From contig NIVC01000070.1 in assembly GCA_002269645.1 (NCBI GenBank), positions 744,001-808,000 of the forward strand: 64,000 nt of DNA, in the 5' to 3' direction. Below are positions 1 through 12,775 of this stretch, piece by piece (the first letter of the stretch is position 1; every line of letters begins with the position of its first letter). Under the pieces are notes generated by a model. It did no database searches and was not told where the DNA came from. It saw nothing but the letters and a program-made list of their open reading frames with translations. This stretch comes from Macrostomum lignano (Eukaryota). The translations under genes were made by a program, and so were the position numbers.

Positions 1-1149
1 CGACTCGCTCGTTGAGAAGAGGCTCCAGTGCGGTCAAAGCGAACTGGTGCTGCGCCCACGGAGGACTGCCCGAAGTGCACAGGTTCAGCAGAGCAACTTC
101 GGTGCGATTGTCAGCAGCTGGCTGACCTGGCGATGACGTAATTGAGAGTAACACAAGAAGAAGATGAGGTATAATGTCTCTAGAGTGCCACATGTCTAAG
201 TCTGTTACGAAGCAAGACAAAAGATAGCTTATTTCCTCTAAGCTTCTTCATGCGAGCCTATTTATCAGCCATCCTGCTCAAGCAGCGAGTATTCGGGCAG
301 CTCTTTACTAATTGGCTCCAAGAGAGACGAGTTCCTCCATTTTCTGAGTAGATACGATTTTTCTACCTGTAGCAAGTGATTGACGCGTACGTGCCTACTA
401 AAAAGTAGTTCCATGCGAATAAAATACCAGCACACACGATTTTATAATTTTGCACCTTAAAGGAGTCGGTATTTAAACTTTGCATGTTGTCTTTCCGATT
501 TGCCGACTTTGAAGTTTGGCAGCCATTCAAGTTTCAACTTATGCCGTATGATTTTAATGACGTAAAACAGTTTGTTTAAAATAAGGGCATCAACGTTACC
601 CCCCACGAAGGACGTAGTGTGATAGCACCGGATACACGCATAGGTAGGCACATTGTTGCATGTTTTAAATTAGCTCAGTCAGTGACAGTCACTCGGCCAA
701 TCTGACGAAGCACCGGTTTTTCGTATGCTTTCTGTGAAAGCGTACGTACAGGACATGTTACAGCATATGTATCAACAAGCACGAGAGGATGATGCAAATC
801 TCGTAGTGATTGTTTATTCAAGCGTTTTGCCAATTTATATTTATGTACCTAAGCTATTGCCACCCTGATTTACTGCAGCAAGCAATACTCATGCAACCTC
901 AGCTGCGCTGGAATGGCCTCAGAAGAAGGTACAAAAATGTATCACAGCTAAAGAGCCTTTGAAGGTAGCTCGGGGCACAGGATAATGTTGCTGACTGAGA
1001 AGCATCAGATTGCATTGAATGACTGATAGGGTTACCAGATAATTAGAATTTATAGTGCACACCATGGGCGCCCCAAAGAGGTCAAATAGTCGTGATCAAG
1101 GGGGCATCGCCTTGAAAAATCAGGGGCCAGGATTTCTCTTTAGAGACCA

Positions 1150-1665
1150 CCCCTGGTGCTGGCGCCCCTGGTGCTGGCGCCCCTGGTGCTGGCGCCCCTG
1201 GTGCTGGCGCCCCTGGTGCTGGCGCCCCTGGTGCTGGCGCCCCTGGTGCTGGCGCCCCTGGTGCTGGCGCCCCTGGTGCTGGCGCCCCTGGTGCTGGCGC
1301 CCCTGGTGCTGGCGCCCCTGGTGCTGGCGCCCCTGGTGCTGGCGCCCCTGGTGCTGGCGCCCCTGGTGCTGGCGCCCCTGGTGCTGGCGCCTCTGGTGCT
1401 GGCGCCTCTGGTGCTGGCGCCTCTGGTGCTGGCGCCTCTGGTGCTGGCGCCTCTGGTGCTGGCGCCTCTGGTGCTGGCGCCTCTGGTGCTGGCGCCTCTG
1501 GTGCTGGCGCCTCTGGTGCTGGCGCCTCTGGTGCTGGCGCCTCTGGTGCTGGCGCCCCTGGCCGCTAAAGTCCCTGGGCGCTAAAGTCCCTGGCCGCTAA
1601 AGTCCCTGGCCGCTAAAGTCCCTGGCCGCTAAAATCTCTGGCCGCTAAAATCTCTGGCCGCTAAA
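1150..1665. repeat. 15-bp minisatellite (CCCCTGGTGCTGGCG, ~27 copies) followed by a short 17-bp GCCGCTAAAGTCCCTGG array
   Basis: Direct periodicity. The unit switches from CCCCT to CCTCT near 1390. Confidence 0.95.
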
Positions 1666-3883
1666 CTAAAGTCCACCCAAGGAACTTAAGCCAACTCTCT
1701 GATATCTTTGGCGTCTCCCGAAACAAAAATGTAAAATTTTGGAAAAATTGCCCGTCGCCGTTGCGATGACGCATCACTTATTTTAACATAATATGCATTA
1801 CATTATTCAGACTCCCGGACTGGGCGCAATGAAGGAGAGCGTCATCTTGATTAGGCACGATTCATAAATGAAAACAGTGACGCCTACGGGCGTAAATTGC
1901 TTGAACGGACGTGAATCTTATCCTTTCTATTCGTAAGCAAAGCATGCTAAAAATAGGAAGTTCTCTTTTGCTGCTGCATCATGCTCAGGCCCGTCCAAGT
2001 CCAAGCCGAAAATGTAATGAAAAATTGACCGCAAGACAAAGCTTGTGGCTTATAAGATACAATAGAATCGTTATACACGCTCAAGAGATGAGCATAGCAA
2101 TAGTTTTTGTCCATATATAGTCTTTACCTCACTCTGTTGAGAGATTTTATTTAAAACTACCCTAAATACGCACTGCCCATTGTATCGAAGCAATATGTGC
2201 TCAGCCTCAGTTTTACACTAGCTAAAGCAGAAAGACTATGATCGAAATATAAAAGTGGCCACGAGGCAAACGCAGCAAGAGGTCCGCCAGGGCACACGAC
2301 CACGTACGCACAGCTAGCACACTCTCACACTCCACTCACACATCATCCGTTGCCTGCCTCTCATTTCAAACAAACAACACCCAACCCTGAGGGGCCTTTG
2401 CTCCAAGTTCATTATTCACAGCGAGAAACTGGTTTTACTTCGCCCGCGCCCGCGATGCGTGGCGTGGCCCGTGAGGGGGTGGGTTTGGGTTGGATAGAAA
2501 AGCTTTATATAGATAGTTAGGTCAGCAAACTCAGGCGAAACGAAACGGAAGGCCCAGCTAAACGGCCCGAGAATGGTTTGTTTTCTCTAGCGCGCGCATT
2601 GCATTGTGAGCGAACTGCGCTCTCTGGTGGGGTTGGGGTTGGATTTGTGCCTCAAGGAGGGGCTGAAATGTACATTGAATCTCTTCCCCGCTCCGACGCC
2701 GGTTTTTAATTGCTAAAACTGAACCACGCCCAAGCCGCCACGCGCCATTTCTATCCACCTTGCAGCAACAGCTCTCAGTCGCAGCCAGGCAATGTACATT
2801 GGGCCGCATTAAATTGTACACTGCACCAAAAGCGCAGTGTCTTAATCTTGAAAACCCAATGTCCCGGCAGTTTACGACACCCCACTATCCAAGCCACAGA
2901 TTTGCGCCTCTCTGTCCAGCCCGCAGCCCCGCAACCCCCCCCCCCGAACCGTTTTGACCTGGCCTTTTATTATACACCAAAGCAGGCTAAACGAGAGGAA
3001 GGCAAAAAAGGGCGCGTTCTTAGCGAGTATAGCCAGCTACTCTCTTGAAAACAGTGAGCCGAATGCAGAGTGCGCAGTTTTTATCTATCGCTTCAGTTCT
3101 AACTGCTTAAGTTTTTGGTGTACAGCGCGAGTGCAACCAGTTGAATAGAGTAGGCGCTTCTTTAAGTAAAATAGCTCGAGGTTCGGATAGTAAGGCGAAA
3201 GTTGAAACACGCTTTTGCTTCGGTTGGTTTACCTCTCGGATTCTCATATTGAAGAATAGCCAGCATCCACCAACAACTACAACAGCGTACAGTTGTAGCT
3301 GTGCTCTGCATCCGTACCGTAGTACTCAAGCTGCACAACTGAACTCCTCTCTGTGCTGTTTTTTGTTATTCTGCATCAACTTGAGACGTCTGGACATCCA
3401 GGGCTAGTAAAGAAATTTTATATTAGCAAGAACCGTTGCTGCACACCCTGCATGCATCCTTGAGCCCAATTAAATCAAAATTTCGAGACCCGGAGACCAG
3501 TAAACTGTGACAAAATGTAAGTTTAAAATTCTGTTGACCTAATTAAAGATATGCAGTTCGATGTTAAAATAAATAGATTTCGTTCTTTTAGTGCACTTTC
3601 CATGTCTCCTGGCTTGCTTATATCTAATTGTAATACTACAGTTTAATGCCACCATACTATTAGATTGGAGGTTCCACCGTTTTCTTAATTTTAGTTTGAA
3701 GGCTGAGGCTGAGTGCAGATGCCCAGGCCTCTCTGGGCTCCAGTCGTATCTCTTGAGCTGTTCCTTCCGCAGTTCGTGTCTTCCCAGTTTAGAATTAATA
3801 GTATTTTAATTCTTAGCTCTGATTGCCCGGGAAATTTATGTTTGTTTAACTGTTACATGACATTGTGTTTATAGCTGAAAGAA

Positions 3884-6012
3884 CTATAGATTTGGTGCTT
3901 CAATCTACCGTAGTATCTATAGATTTGGTGCTTCAATCTACCGTAGTATCTATAGATTTGGTGCCTCCATCTCCCGTAGTATCTATAGATTTGGTGCTTC
4001 AATCTCCCGTAGTATCTATAGATTTGGTGCTTCAATCTCCCGTAGTATCTATAGATTTGGTGCCTAAATCTCCCGTAGTATCTATAGATTTGGTGCCTAA
4101 ATCTCCCGTAGTATCTATAGATTTGGTGCCTAAATCTCCCGTAGTATCTATAGATTTGGTGCCTAAATCTCCCGTAGTATCTATAGATTTGGTGCTTCAA
4201 TCTACCGTAGTATCTATAGATTTGGTGCTTCAATCTACCATAGTATCTATAGATTTGGTGCTTCAATCTACCGTAGTATCTATAGATTTGGTGCTTCAAT
4301 CTACCGTAGTATCTATAGATTTGGTGCCTCCATCTCCCGTAGTATCTATAGATTTGGTGTCTCCATCTACTGCAGTATCTATAGATTTGTTGCCCCCATC
4401 TCCCATAGTATCTATAGATTTGGTGTCTCCATCTACTGAAGTATCTATAGATTTGTTGCCCCCATCTCCCATAGTATCTATAGATTTGGCATCTCCATCT
4501 GCTGTAGTATCTATAGATTTGGTGCCCCCATCTACTGCAGTATCTATAGATTTGGTGCCTCCATCTACTGTAGTATCTATAGATTTGATGCCCCCATCTC
4601 CCATAGTATCTATAGATTTGGTGTCTCCATCTACTGCAGTATCTATAGATTTGGTGCCTCCATCTCCCGTAGTATCTATAGATTTGGTGCCTCAATCTAC
4701 TGCAGTATCTATAGATTTGTTGCCCCCATCTCCCATAGTATCTATAGATTTGGTGTCTCCATCTACTGCAGTATCTATAGATTTGTTGCCCCCATCTCCC
4801 ATAGTATCTATAGATTTGGTGCCTCCATCTACTGTAGTATCTATAGATTTGGTGCCTCCATCTCCCATAGTATCTATAGATTTGGTGCCTCCATCTCCCA
4901 TAGTATCTATAGATTTGGTGTCTCCATCTACTGCAGTATCTATAGATTTGGTGCCTCCATCTCCCATAGTATCTATAGATTTGGTGCCTCCATCTCCCAT
5001 AGTATCTATAGATTTGGTGCCTCCATCTCCCATAGTATCTATAGATTTGGTGCCTCCATCTCCCATAGTATCTATAGATTTGGTGCCTCCATCTCCCATA
5101 GTATCTATAGATTTGGTGCCTCCATCTCCCATAGTATCTATAGATTTGGTGTCTCCATCTACTGCAGTATCTATAGATTTGGTGCCTCCATCTCCCGTAG
5201 TATCTATAGATTTGTTGCCCCCATCTCCCATAGTATCTATAGATTTTGGTGCCCCCATCTCCCATAGTATCTATAGATTTGGTGTCTCCATCTACTGCAG
5301 TATCTATAGATTTGTTGCCCCCATCTCCCATAGTATCTATAGATTTGTTGCCCCCATCTCCCATAGTATCTATAGATTTGTTGCCCCCATCTCCCATAGT
5401 ATCTATAGATTTGTTGCCCCCATCTCCCATAGTATCTATAGATTTGGCATCTCCAGCTGCTGTAGTATCTATAGATTTGGTGTCTCCATCTACTGCAGTA
5501 TCTATAGATTTGGCATCTCCAGCTGCTGTAGTATCTATAGATTTGGTGCCCCCATCTCCCATAGTATCTATAGATTTGGTGCCCCCATCTCCCATAGTAT
5601 CTATAGATTTGGTGCCCCCATCTCCCATAGTATCTATAGATTTGGTGCCCCCATCTCCCATAGTATCTATAGATTTGGTGCCCCCATCTCCCATAGTATC
5701 TATAGATTTGGTGCCTCCATCTACTGTAGTATCTATAGATTTGGCATCTCCAGCTGCTGTAGTATCTATAGATTTGGTGCCCCCATCTCCCATAGTATCT
5801 ATAGATTTGGTGCCCCCATCTCCCATAGTATCTATAGATTTGTTGCCCCCATCTCCCATAGTATCTATAGATTTGGTGCCCCCATCTCCCATAGTATCTA
5901 TAGATTTGGCATCTCCATCTGCTGTAGTATCTATAGATTTGGCATCTCCAGCTGCTGTAGTATCTGTAGGTTTGGTGCCTCCATCTGCTGTAATGTCTAT
6001 AGATTTGGTGCC
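3884..6012. repeat. 33-bp minisatellite (~64 copies), consensus GTATCTATAGATTTGGTGCCTCCATCTCCCATA
   Basis: Direct periodicity. Near-invariant palindromic core ATCTATAGAT. One +1 T indel near 5245. Confidence 0.95.
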
Positions 6013-7955
6013 CTGTCTTATGAACCCCAAAGCTCGTAATTGATTAAATATTTCTTCTAGCTGTCTCACGTAATCAGAAGGCAGCTCACCTAATCCTGGA
6101 ATAGGTGACCGGATGTACCAGTTCCAAGACAAACTGGCTTGCATGCACAAGCAATTTAATATTATCCACAACCGACGCTAACGCTAATACTGTCTGTCTT
6201 ACGCAGATATCAATGCGCACAGGAATGAAGGAAATGTCTCCAATACTCGAGTATATCATTATGGAACAAAGATAAGAGACAGATAGCAGATATATCCTAG
6301 TTCGGAATTCATGGAGTATTTGTGTAGTGTATAAGTTTCTGCTCTGTTTTCTATAATTCATTCAGTTAGTCGTTCAAGTAGCTTTTTTTGTAACCATGTG
6401 CAGCGCGGAGTTGTAATGGTGCACTCCATTACAGATACTGAAATTGTGTAACAATCTATATTCTTATGACTTAATCGGTACTATAATTACCTGCTTACTA
6501 TTCGGTAAGTTGAACTGGAGTCAGCTGTCATCTTATTAGAAGTCAAGAATTTACAGCGGGATTAGGGGATCACCGCTTGGTTTTGTAACACCAGGGATTA
6601 GGGATGGATTAAGGGTCACCTGTCCCCCTAATTAGGGGTCACCTGTCAGCTGAACCAGAGGCTAAAAGGTAATAAATTATTTTAGCAAACTAATTTTCTG
6701 CTCTCTCTTCTATTAGTTTCTGCTTCAAGTCACGAGTTTTACTGTTTATTATTGTCAAGCACCGCTCACTGGGCCATTGGCAGATGCAGCTAATATTAGA
6801 TGGTGCACGCGGCTCCATTTACATCATGGAGCATAAAAATTGTAACTCGGATTTTTAATAAACAAACGAGCTTTTAGCAATTAACATCATGGTTGTGAGT
6901 CATTGCTTTATATTATAAACTTACACCGCACCGCAGTTCCTAACAAACTGCTAAACTGTTACACAGCAGGTTCACTTTACTTCATAGTGACAATATTTAC
7001 TTGAAGTTGTTTATAACATTTTTATGGCTGAAATCCGGAATACTGGGTAACAGGCGAAAAATGAATTTATTTTTATTGAACGTGAGAAAAATAACACGAT
7101 TTCACATTCTTCAAAATGTCTATGGTCATTGTTTGAATTTGACAATATATCAATTTACCGGCAACCGGGATATCATTTTAGAAAACGAACGAGTCTATGA
7201 GCGTAAAATAAAATAGTCTATGGTTGTAAGTGGGGACGTCGCCTCCACACCTCTCATTCCCCCTTCACACTCAGATCCTGATGGACAAATTTACCAATGA
7301 AGTTAGCTGTCCCCGCTCGTGTCTATGGCCATTACCATGAATTCTCACTTCCAGACAACCCCCCCCATTGCTGTTAGGTATAAAAAGCATGGCAGTAAAT
7401 GACTTTTTACCATAGACAGTCTCTCAGCGAAATGGGCAGAATTGCTCCAGCACTTGTCTGTGAGATTATGTTGCCGAATGTGAGAGAGTAACCAGTTATC
7501 AAGGCTTAATTAGCGCTCAAATTATTAATTATGGCAATTTATAGTAGTGCTAAAAATCTAAAAAAACAGGTTGCATATTATTATGCCGGAACAAAAAGCA
7601 GTCCCTGACCCAGTCCCTGAGCATTACCTAACCTCAACTCGTACCCTGTTTCTTAATAAAATTATTATTTTCATATATTGCGGCTGCACTAGATATTTTG
7701 GATGCTAAATGCTGCTATTGTGCTTGATGGAAGGTTGAAGCTGGGAGGGTCAGGCAGTTTTAGATAATGCCAGCCCGAGTTGGAGTGAGCGCTTCATACA
7801 CTCGTCCTTCTTTGTCCGTCTCCTCCGCTGCCCCTTCCGAGTGCGCCAGACCGAGTGTGACGCATTGTGCAGTGATTGTCATTCTAAAAAAAGATCTGCT
7901 TATGCATATACCGGTAGCTTAAATTAAGCTTAATCATATAGGACTTAAGAGCCCA

Positions 7956-8499
7956 TGACTCAAGCTCATCCTGACCTTATGAGTCCTATGACTACTCGCC
8001 TTGCGCTTAGATAGAGAGGCAAGAGAGCTCATTACTGAAATTCAAGATTCCCGTGACCTACCAATTCTGGTGATACAAATAATGACTTTAAAATCTCATG
8101 ACTCAAACGCAATGAGCTCATATCAATAAAGCATCGCCCTTGAGTCGTTTGACCGAACACACCGAACTCTGAGCTCAAGAATTATGACTCAAGTCATGCA
8201 TGTGCAACAGCCAATCCCCAAAATGCCCACCCAAAAATACAGGCCTACAGTACTGATTAGATGACGAAGCATTTAGCCTTAACAATACAGTTATAGTTAC
8301 TCCTGCCGTTCACCCAAAATTACGTTAATTTTGCAAAGGCTTCTTTGAAGAAGGTAAATCAGGAGATTGCGCATGTATGACTCAAATATATCCCCATAAC
8401 ACGTGACTATAACTCACAGAGCTCGCCATTCAAGTTATCAACACCCAATGATATCCTCATGACTCAAACACACTCCATGCCACCGACAGAGCTGACTCA
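7956..8499 (+). promoter_or_regulatory. Cluster of six TGACTCA (AP-1/TRE) motifs upstream of the ETS gene
   Basis: TGACTCA at 7956, 8099, 8185, 8378, 8460 and 8493. Function untested. Confidence 0.35.
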
Positions 8500-8538
8500 A
8501 ATCGCACAGCGTCAACAACATCAGCTGCTGAGTTGCTC

Positions 8539-9169
8539 ATGGAGCTGTCCCACTCCAGCACCCCGTCAACGGTGGAGCCCATGTCCGGCCCGCCGCCTCC
8601 CATCTCAACCGGAGCGTCGGGGATTTCTCTCACATCCGGTACGCGCTTCTTCAGCGCCGGTGGCGGCGCCAGCATGTTCCCGCAGCACCGGCCCGTGGCG
8701 GCAGCCGACAGCGAGATGTTCCACGACTTCCCTCGACCCGCGGCGACCAATTCGTCGCTTCTATTCGACAGCATGAAGTCCTTGCCGCCGCCGCCGCCGC
8801 CTTCGCAACTGCCGAGCCTGTTCCAGTCCCAGCTGCTGCTGCAGAAGTCGATGCCACCGCCGCAAGCGGCACCGACCCTGACCCTGCCGTCTCCGATGCC
8901 GCCGCCGCCGCCGCCAATGCCGCCGCCGTCTCAGCAGCAGCAGCAGCCGTCGTTTTATCGCAGTCCATTCGCTCGAGCCTCCCCGCCGCTGTGCCCCGGC
9001 CAGGACTCAGAGCTGTACGGGCCAGCCAGCTTCCAGAACGGCGGCGCCATCATGGTGCCGCCAACCATTGAGTCTGGCGAGCCCAGTCTGCAGAATCCGA
9101 AACAGTCCAAGCAGCAGGAGGTGCTCATGCTGGCTGAGCTGGGACAGCTGCCGCTGCCGGCTATGGAGA
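8539..9169 (+). CDS. SPDEF: ETS factor exon 1 (Pro/Ser/Gln-rich region, start of PNT)
   Basis: GC-rich ORF ending at donor GAGA|GTGAGT. Confidence 0.75.
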
Positions 9170-11613
9170 GTGAGTCGCTGTACAGACAGTAGATGCAGAC
9201 TGTACAGACAGTAGATGCAGACTGTACAGACAGTAGATGCAGACTGTACAGACAGTAGATGCAGACTGTACAGACAGTAGATACAGATTGTACAGACAGT
9301 AGATACAGATTGTACAGACAGTAGATACAGACTGTACAGACAGTAGATACAGACTGTACAGACAGTAGATACAGATTGTACAGACAGTAGATACAGATTG
9401 TACAGACAGTAGATACAGATTGTACAGACAGTAGATACAGATTGTACAGACAGTAGATGCAGACTGTACAGACAGTAGATGCAGACTGTACAGACAGTAG
9501 ATGCAGACTGTACAGACAGTAGATACAGACTGTACAGACAGTAGATACAGACTGTACAGACAGTAGATACAGACTGTACAGACAGTAGATACAGACTGTA
9601 CAGACAGTAGATACAGACTGTACAGACAGTAGATACAGACTGTACAGACAGTAGATACAGACTGTACAGACAGTAGATACAGACTGTACAGACAGTAGAT
9701 ACAGACTGTACAGACAGTAGATACAGACTGTACAGACAGTAGATACAGACTGTACAGACAGTAGATACAGACTGTACAGACAGTAGATACAGACTGTACA
9801 GACAGTAGATACAGACTGTACAGACAGTAGATACATACTGTACAAACAGTAGATACAGACTGTACAAACAGTAGATACAGACTGTACAAACAGTAGATAC
9901 AGACTGTATATATCGGTAGGTACAAACTGTATATATTAGTAGATACAGACCGTACATATCGGTAGATACAGACTGTACATATTGGTGGTACAAGCTACAT
10001 ATCGGTAGATACAGACTACATATCGGTAGATACAGACTACATATCGGTAGATACAGACTGTACATATTGGTGGTACAAGCTACATATCGGTAGATACAGA
10101 CTACATATCGGTAGACAGACTGCAAACATTCGTACAAACTGTGCAACACTGTACAAATCTCGCACCCCGCAGGCTGGGATCCGAAGCAGCGGATGTTCTG
10201 GCTGAAGTGCATGCTCACCAAGCACCTGCACCAGCCGAATCCGGCTGAGCTGGCAGAGCGAGTACAGAAGCTGCGCATGGTGGAGACCTGCATCAGGGCT
10301 CAGCCGAACACGCCGCTAGAGAGCTATATAAACATATTTGGCGAAATATTTGACAAGCGAATCGCTTTGAAGTTGCAATACGAGCTTGATGCCTGGAAGC
10401 AAGGTGCTCATCGTTAATTAATAGGAAATTTCCGGCTTTGGTTTCTTAGAATTGAAGTTTTATGCATTCTTAACCCCGCATCATATCTGAATTGCAGTCT
10501 GCGACAGCATTCCAATGAAAATGACCAACGCCAGCTACTTGGGTAAGCGATTTAAACAAACAAAATTTGTTGTTAACTTGCATGATTTGTTTATCTGAGG
10601 TCAAATGAAGGTCAACATTGAGCAGTTCGAAAATTCATAAAAAGCAGGATTATAGACGAATCGCAGAGCCATTTGGAATCCTTGGGATAACATAAACATT
10701 ATTAAGAGATAACATAATGGGGGCATCATAAAATCACATTACTATCGCTCCTATTGTTCATACAAACATAAAAAGAGAGTTTATCATGGTCATCTCGTCA
10801 TTTTAAAGCATTTGAAGCTCCAATTGAAGGGATTGGCGTGGAGGAACCGGGACCCAATGCTTCAGGCTCCATTCTAGAGCCTTTGGTTCACATGAAATCC
10901 CCCTTTATTCCATTTCTCCCCATGGAGATCCCCAAATGCTACGAGTAAAATTGTCGGTTTTAGGCACAATGGAAATTTTAGGCACAGGAACCCCGAAAAC
11001 CCCCGATCCCGAACATTCATGGGGATTCCGGCCTCAAATCCCGAACACCCCTAGCCTAAAGGTCAAAGGTCAAAGTCGAACTTTGAGATTATTTTGTAGC
11101 CCAAAGATTAATTTCAAATTTTTGCTATTCCTGAAGCCTACAAAGGTCAATGTTAAAAGTGCAATTCTTCCTGAAGGTAATTGTAAGTGTGACATTGTTT
11201 GAATTCATTAATTCGTTTGGTTACATTAATTGAACTCAGCCGCCTCGCCGGAGAAAGTCGGCGGCGATCACCTGTGGGAGCACATTCTCCGGCTGCTGAT
11301 GAATGAGGATCCCACAGTGGAGTGGCTGAACATCCAGGAGGGCCTGTTCCGATTCGTTGACAGCAGCGGCGCGGCCCGGTCGTGGGGCATGACCAAGGGC
11401 AACATGAACATGAGCTACGAGAAGATGAGTCGCAGCATCCGCCAGTACTACACAGACGACAAGAACGGCTTGATCCAGAAGGCCACCGAGTACCCCAAGC
11501 TGCACTACAGGTTCAACATGTTCCACCCCGAGGTGGTGTCATTCTTGAAGAAGAACTTCATGGAGGTCTGCCAAAGGCACGCCTTCCTGTGCACTGTGGT
11601 CAACTCCATGTGA
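8539..11613 (+). CDS. SPDEF: SPDEF/Ets98B-like ETS transcription factor with divergent PNT domain; join(8539..9169,10173..10403,11240..11613)
   Basis: ETS domain HLWEHILRLL...WLN..EGLFRF.DS...AR.WG..K....MSYEKMSRSIRQYY; SRSIRQYY is the PDEF-subfamily signature as recalled. PNT-like LPLPAMESWDPKQRMFWL...LQYELDAWKQ. Both introns are GT-AG and phase 1, and the frames join. The true start may lie in an upstream exon because the frame is open back to 8452. Confidence 0.8.
9179..10135. repeat. 22-bp minisatellite TGTACAGACAGTAGATACAGAC (~43 copies) filling ETS intron 1
   Basis: Direct periodicity, degenerate after ~9900. Confidence 0.95.
10173..10403 (+). CDS. SPDEF: ETS factor exon 2 (PNT/SAM-like)
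   Basis: Acceptor CCCCGCAG|, donor CAAG|GTGCTC, phase 1/1; reads SWDPKQRMFWL...YELDAWKQ. Confidence 0.75.
11240..11613 (+). CDS. SPDEF: ETS factor exon 3 (ETS DNA-binding domain, stop)
   Basis: Acceptor ACTCAG|CC; complete ETS motif set. Confidence 0.9.
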
Positions 11614-12775
11614 GGCGGGCGAATTGCCATCAGCTAAACTTTGACTTCACTCTTCACCCTTTGAACAGGAGTTTCCCTTCACACCTCCGCCAGCCCAGCG
11701 AATTGATGTACTCGTAATGTAGCCTCATCTGCGACACCTCCGTAGACATCGATTTCCAGAATTTTTAGTTGAAATCTTGTCTAAATGTTCTAAGGCAGAT
11801 GTATAGATGCGGTAAGACTTTGTGAATCAGTCAGGATACATTTATATGAATCCCATTCTTCCTCGCTTGAAATCCAAACTGCCTGAATAAAACGCGTATG
11901 ACATCAACACAGCCACAAAATACCCTCACAACACAACGTTGACGGCTAAAATCAGATTCTATATATTACCTAGATGTTACTCCAGAATTCGCTAGATGTA
12001 TTTAGCGCCCGTCTCCGAGGCCCCGAAAATCCAGGGGTTAGGGCCACAGACACCAACTGCTAATGTCTTGACAGCAGCAGAAGCTATAGTCTATGGTTCA
12101 GGCAGATTATGTCATGCGCGTTTTACCAAGGCAACCATTGCGAGCCCTCCCCCTCCACAATTAAGTTACTGCCCTTAGTTACCGCCAAATGTACATGTAC
12201 GCTACTGTTCATTCCATACATGCGCAACTTACATGTAAAAAAACACTAAAGCAAAAGCAACTTTGGGTAAACAGCAGGAGGAACTATTACTGTATTATTT
12301 AGCCAAAATGTCTCGTCAGCTACTTAGTACTACTACTTAGGGTGTTTTTTCGGGTGGGCATTTTTGCGACTTCCTTGGTTGGCCGCCAAATCGGTCGGCC
12401 GGATCGGCCGGCTCGGCTGACTGTTGCGCATGTATGGTTCATTCGCTCACTACATGTAATTTCCTGACCGAAGGTTCTGAACGAACACCAGTGCTTGACA
12501 CGGCTCTCGACTTGACTCGTCATTGCCGACTTATTATATTTATTTCAACTGCGAGACTAAACATGTAGAGTACAGGTAGTTTTGCGTTAAAGTATATGCG
12601 TACTATTTTGTATTCCGCGCAATTTGCACCCGGAATCTTCGCGTGTGCCTTTCCTGCCGCTAAACCGACCGCGATTGGTGAGGCTTGTTTGCGTCGCGCT
12701 CCCCGCTTCCTTCCATACAATGCAACTCATTCGGACTTGCGGTGTGGCCCGAGGAGCTGCCTCTGAGTTTGTCTC

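Noticed and set aside
1-400. GC-richer segments with short open frames at the window start
   Set aside because: No recognisable homology and no consistent splice model.
1055-1600. WRPWC / LAPLV repeat ORFs
   Set aside because: Translations of the 15-bp array.
3884-6012. CRISPR-like look (constant core plus variable spacer)
   Set aside because: The variable halves are point variants of one sequence, not unique spacers. There are no cas genes and the context is eukaryotic.
3853-6171. 772-aa and 724-aa ORFs as real repeat proteins
   Set aside because: They arise from the 33-bp period. The frame shifts at ~5245 and the plausible KSIDT frame has repeated TGA stops.
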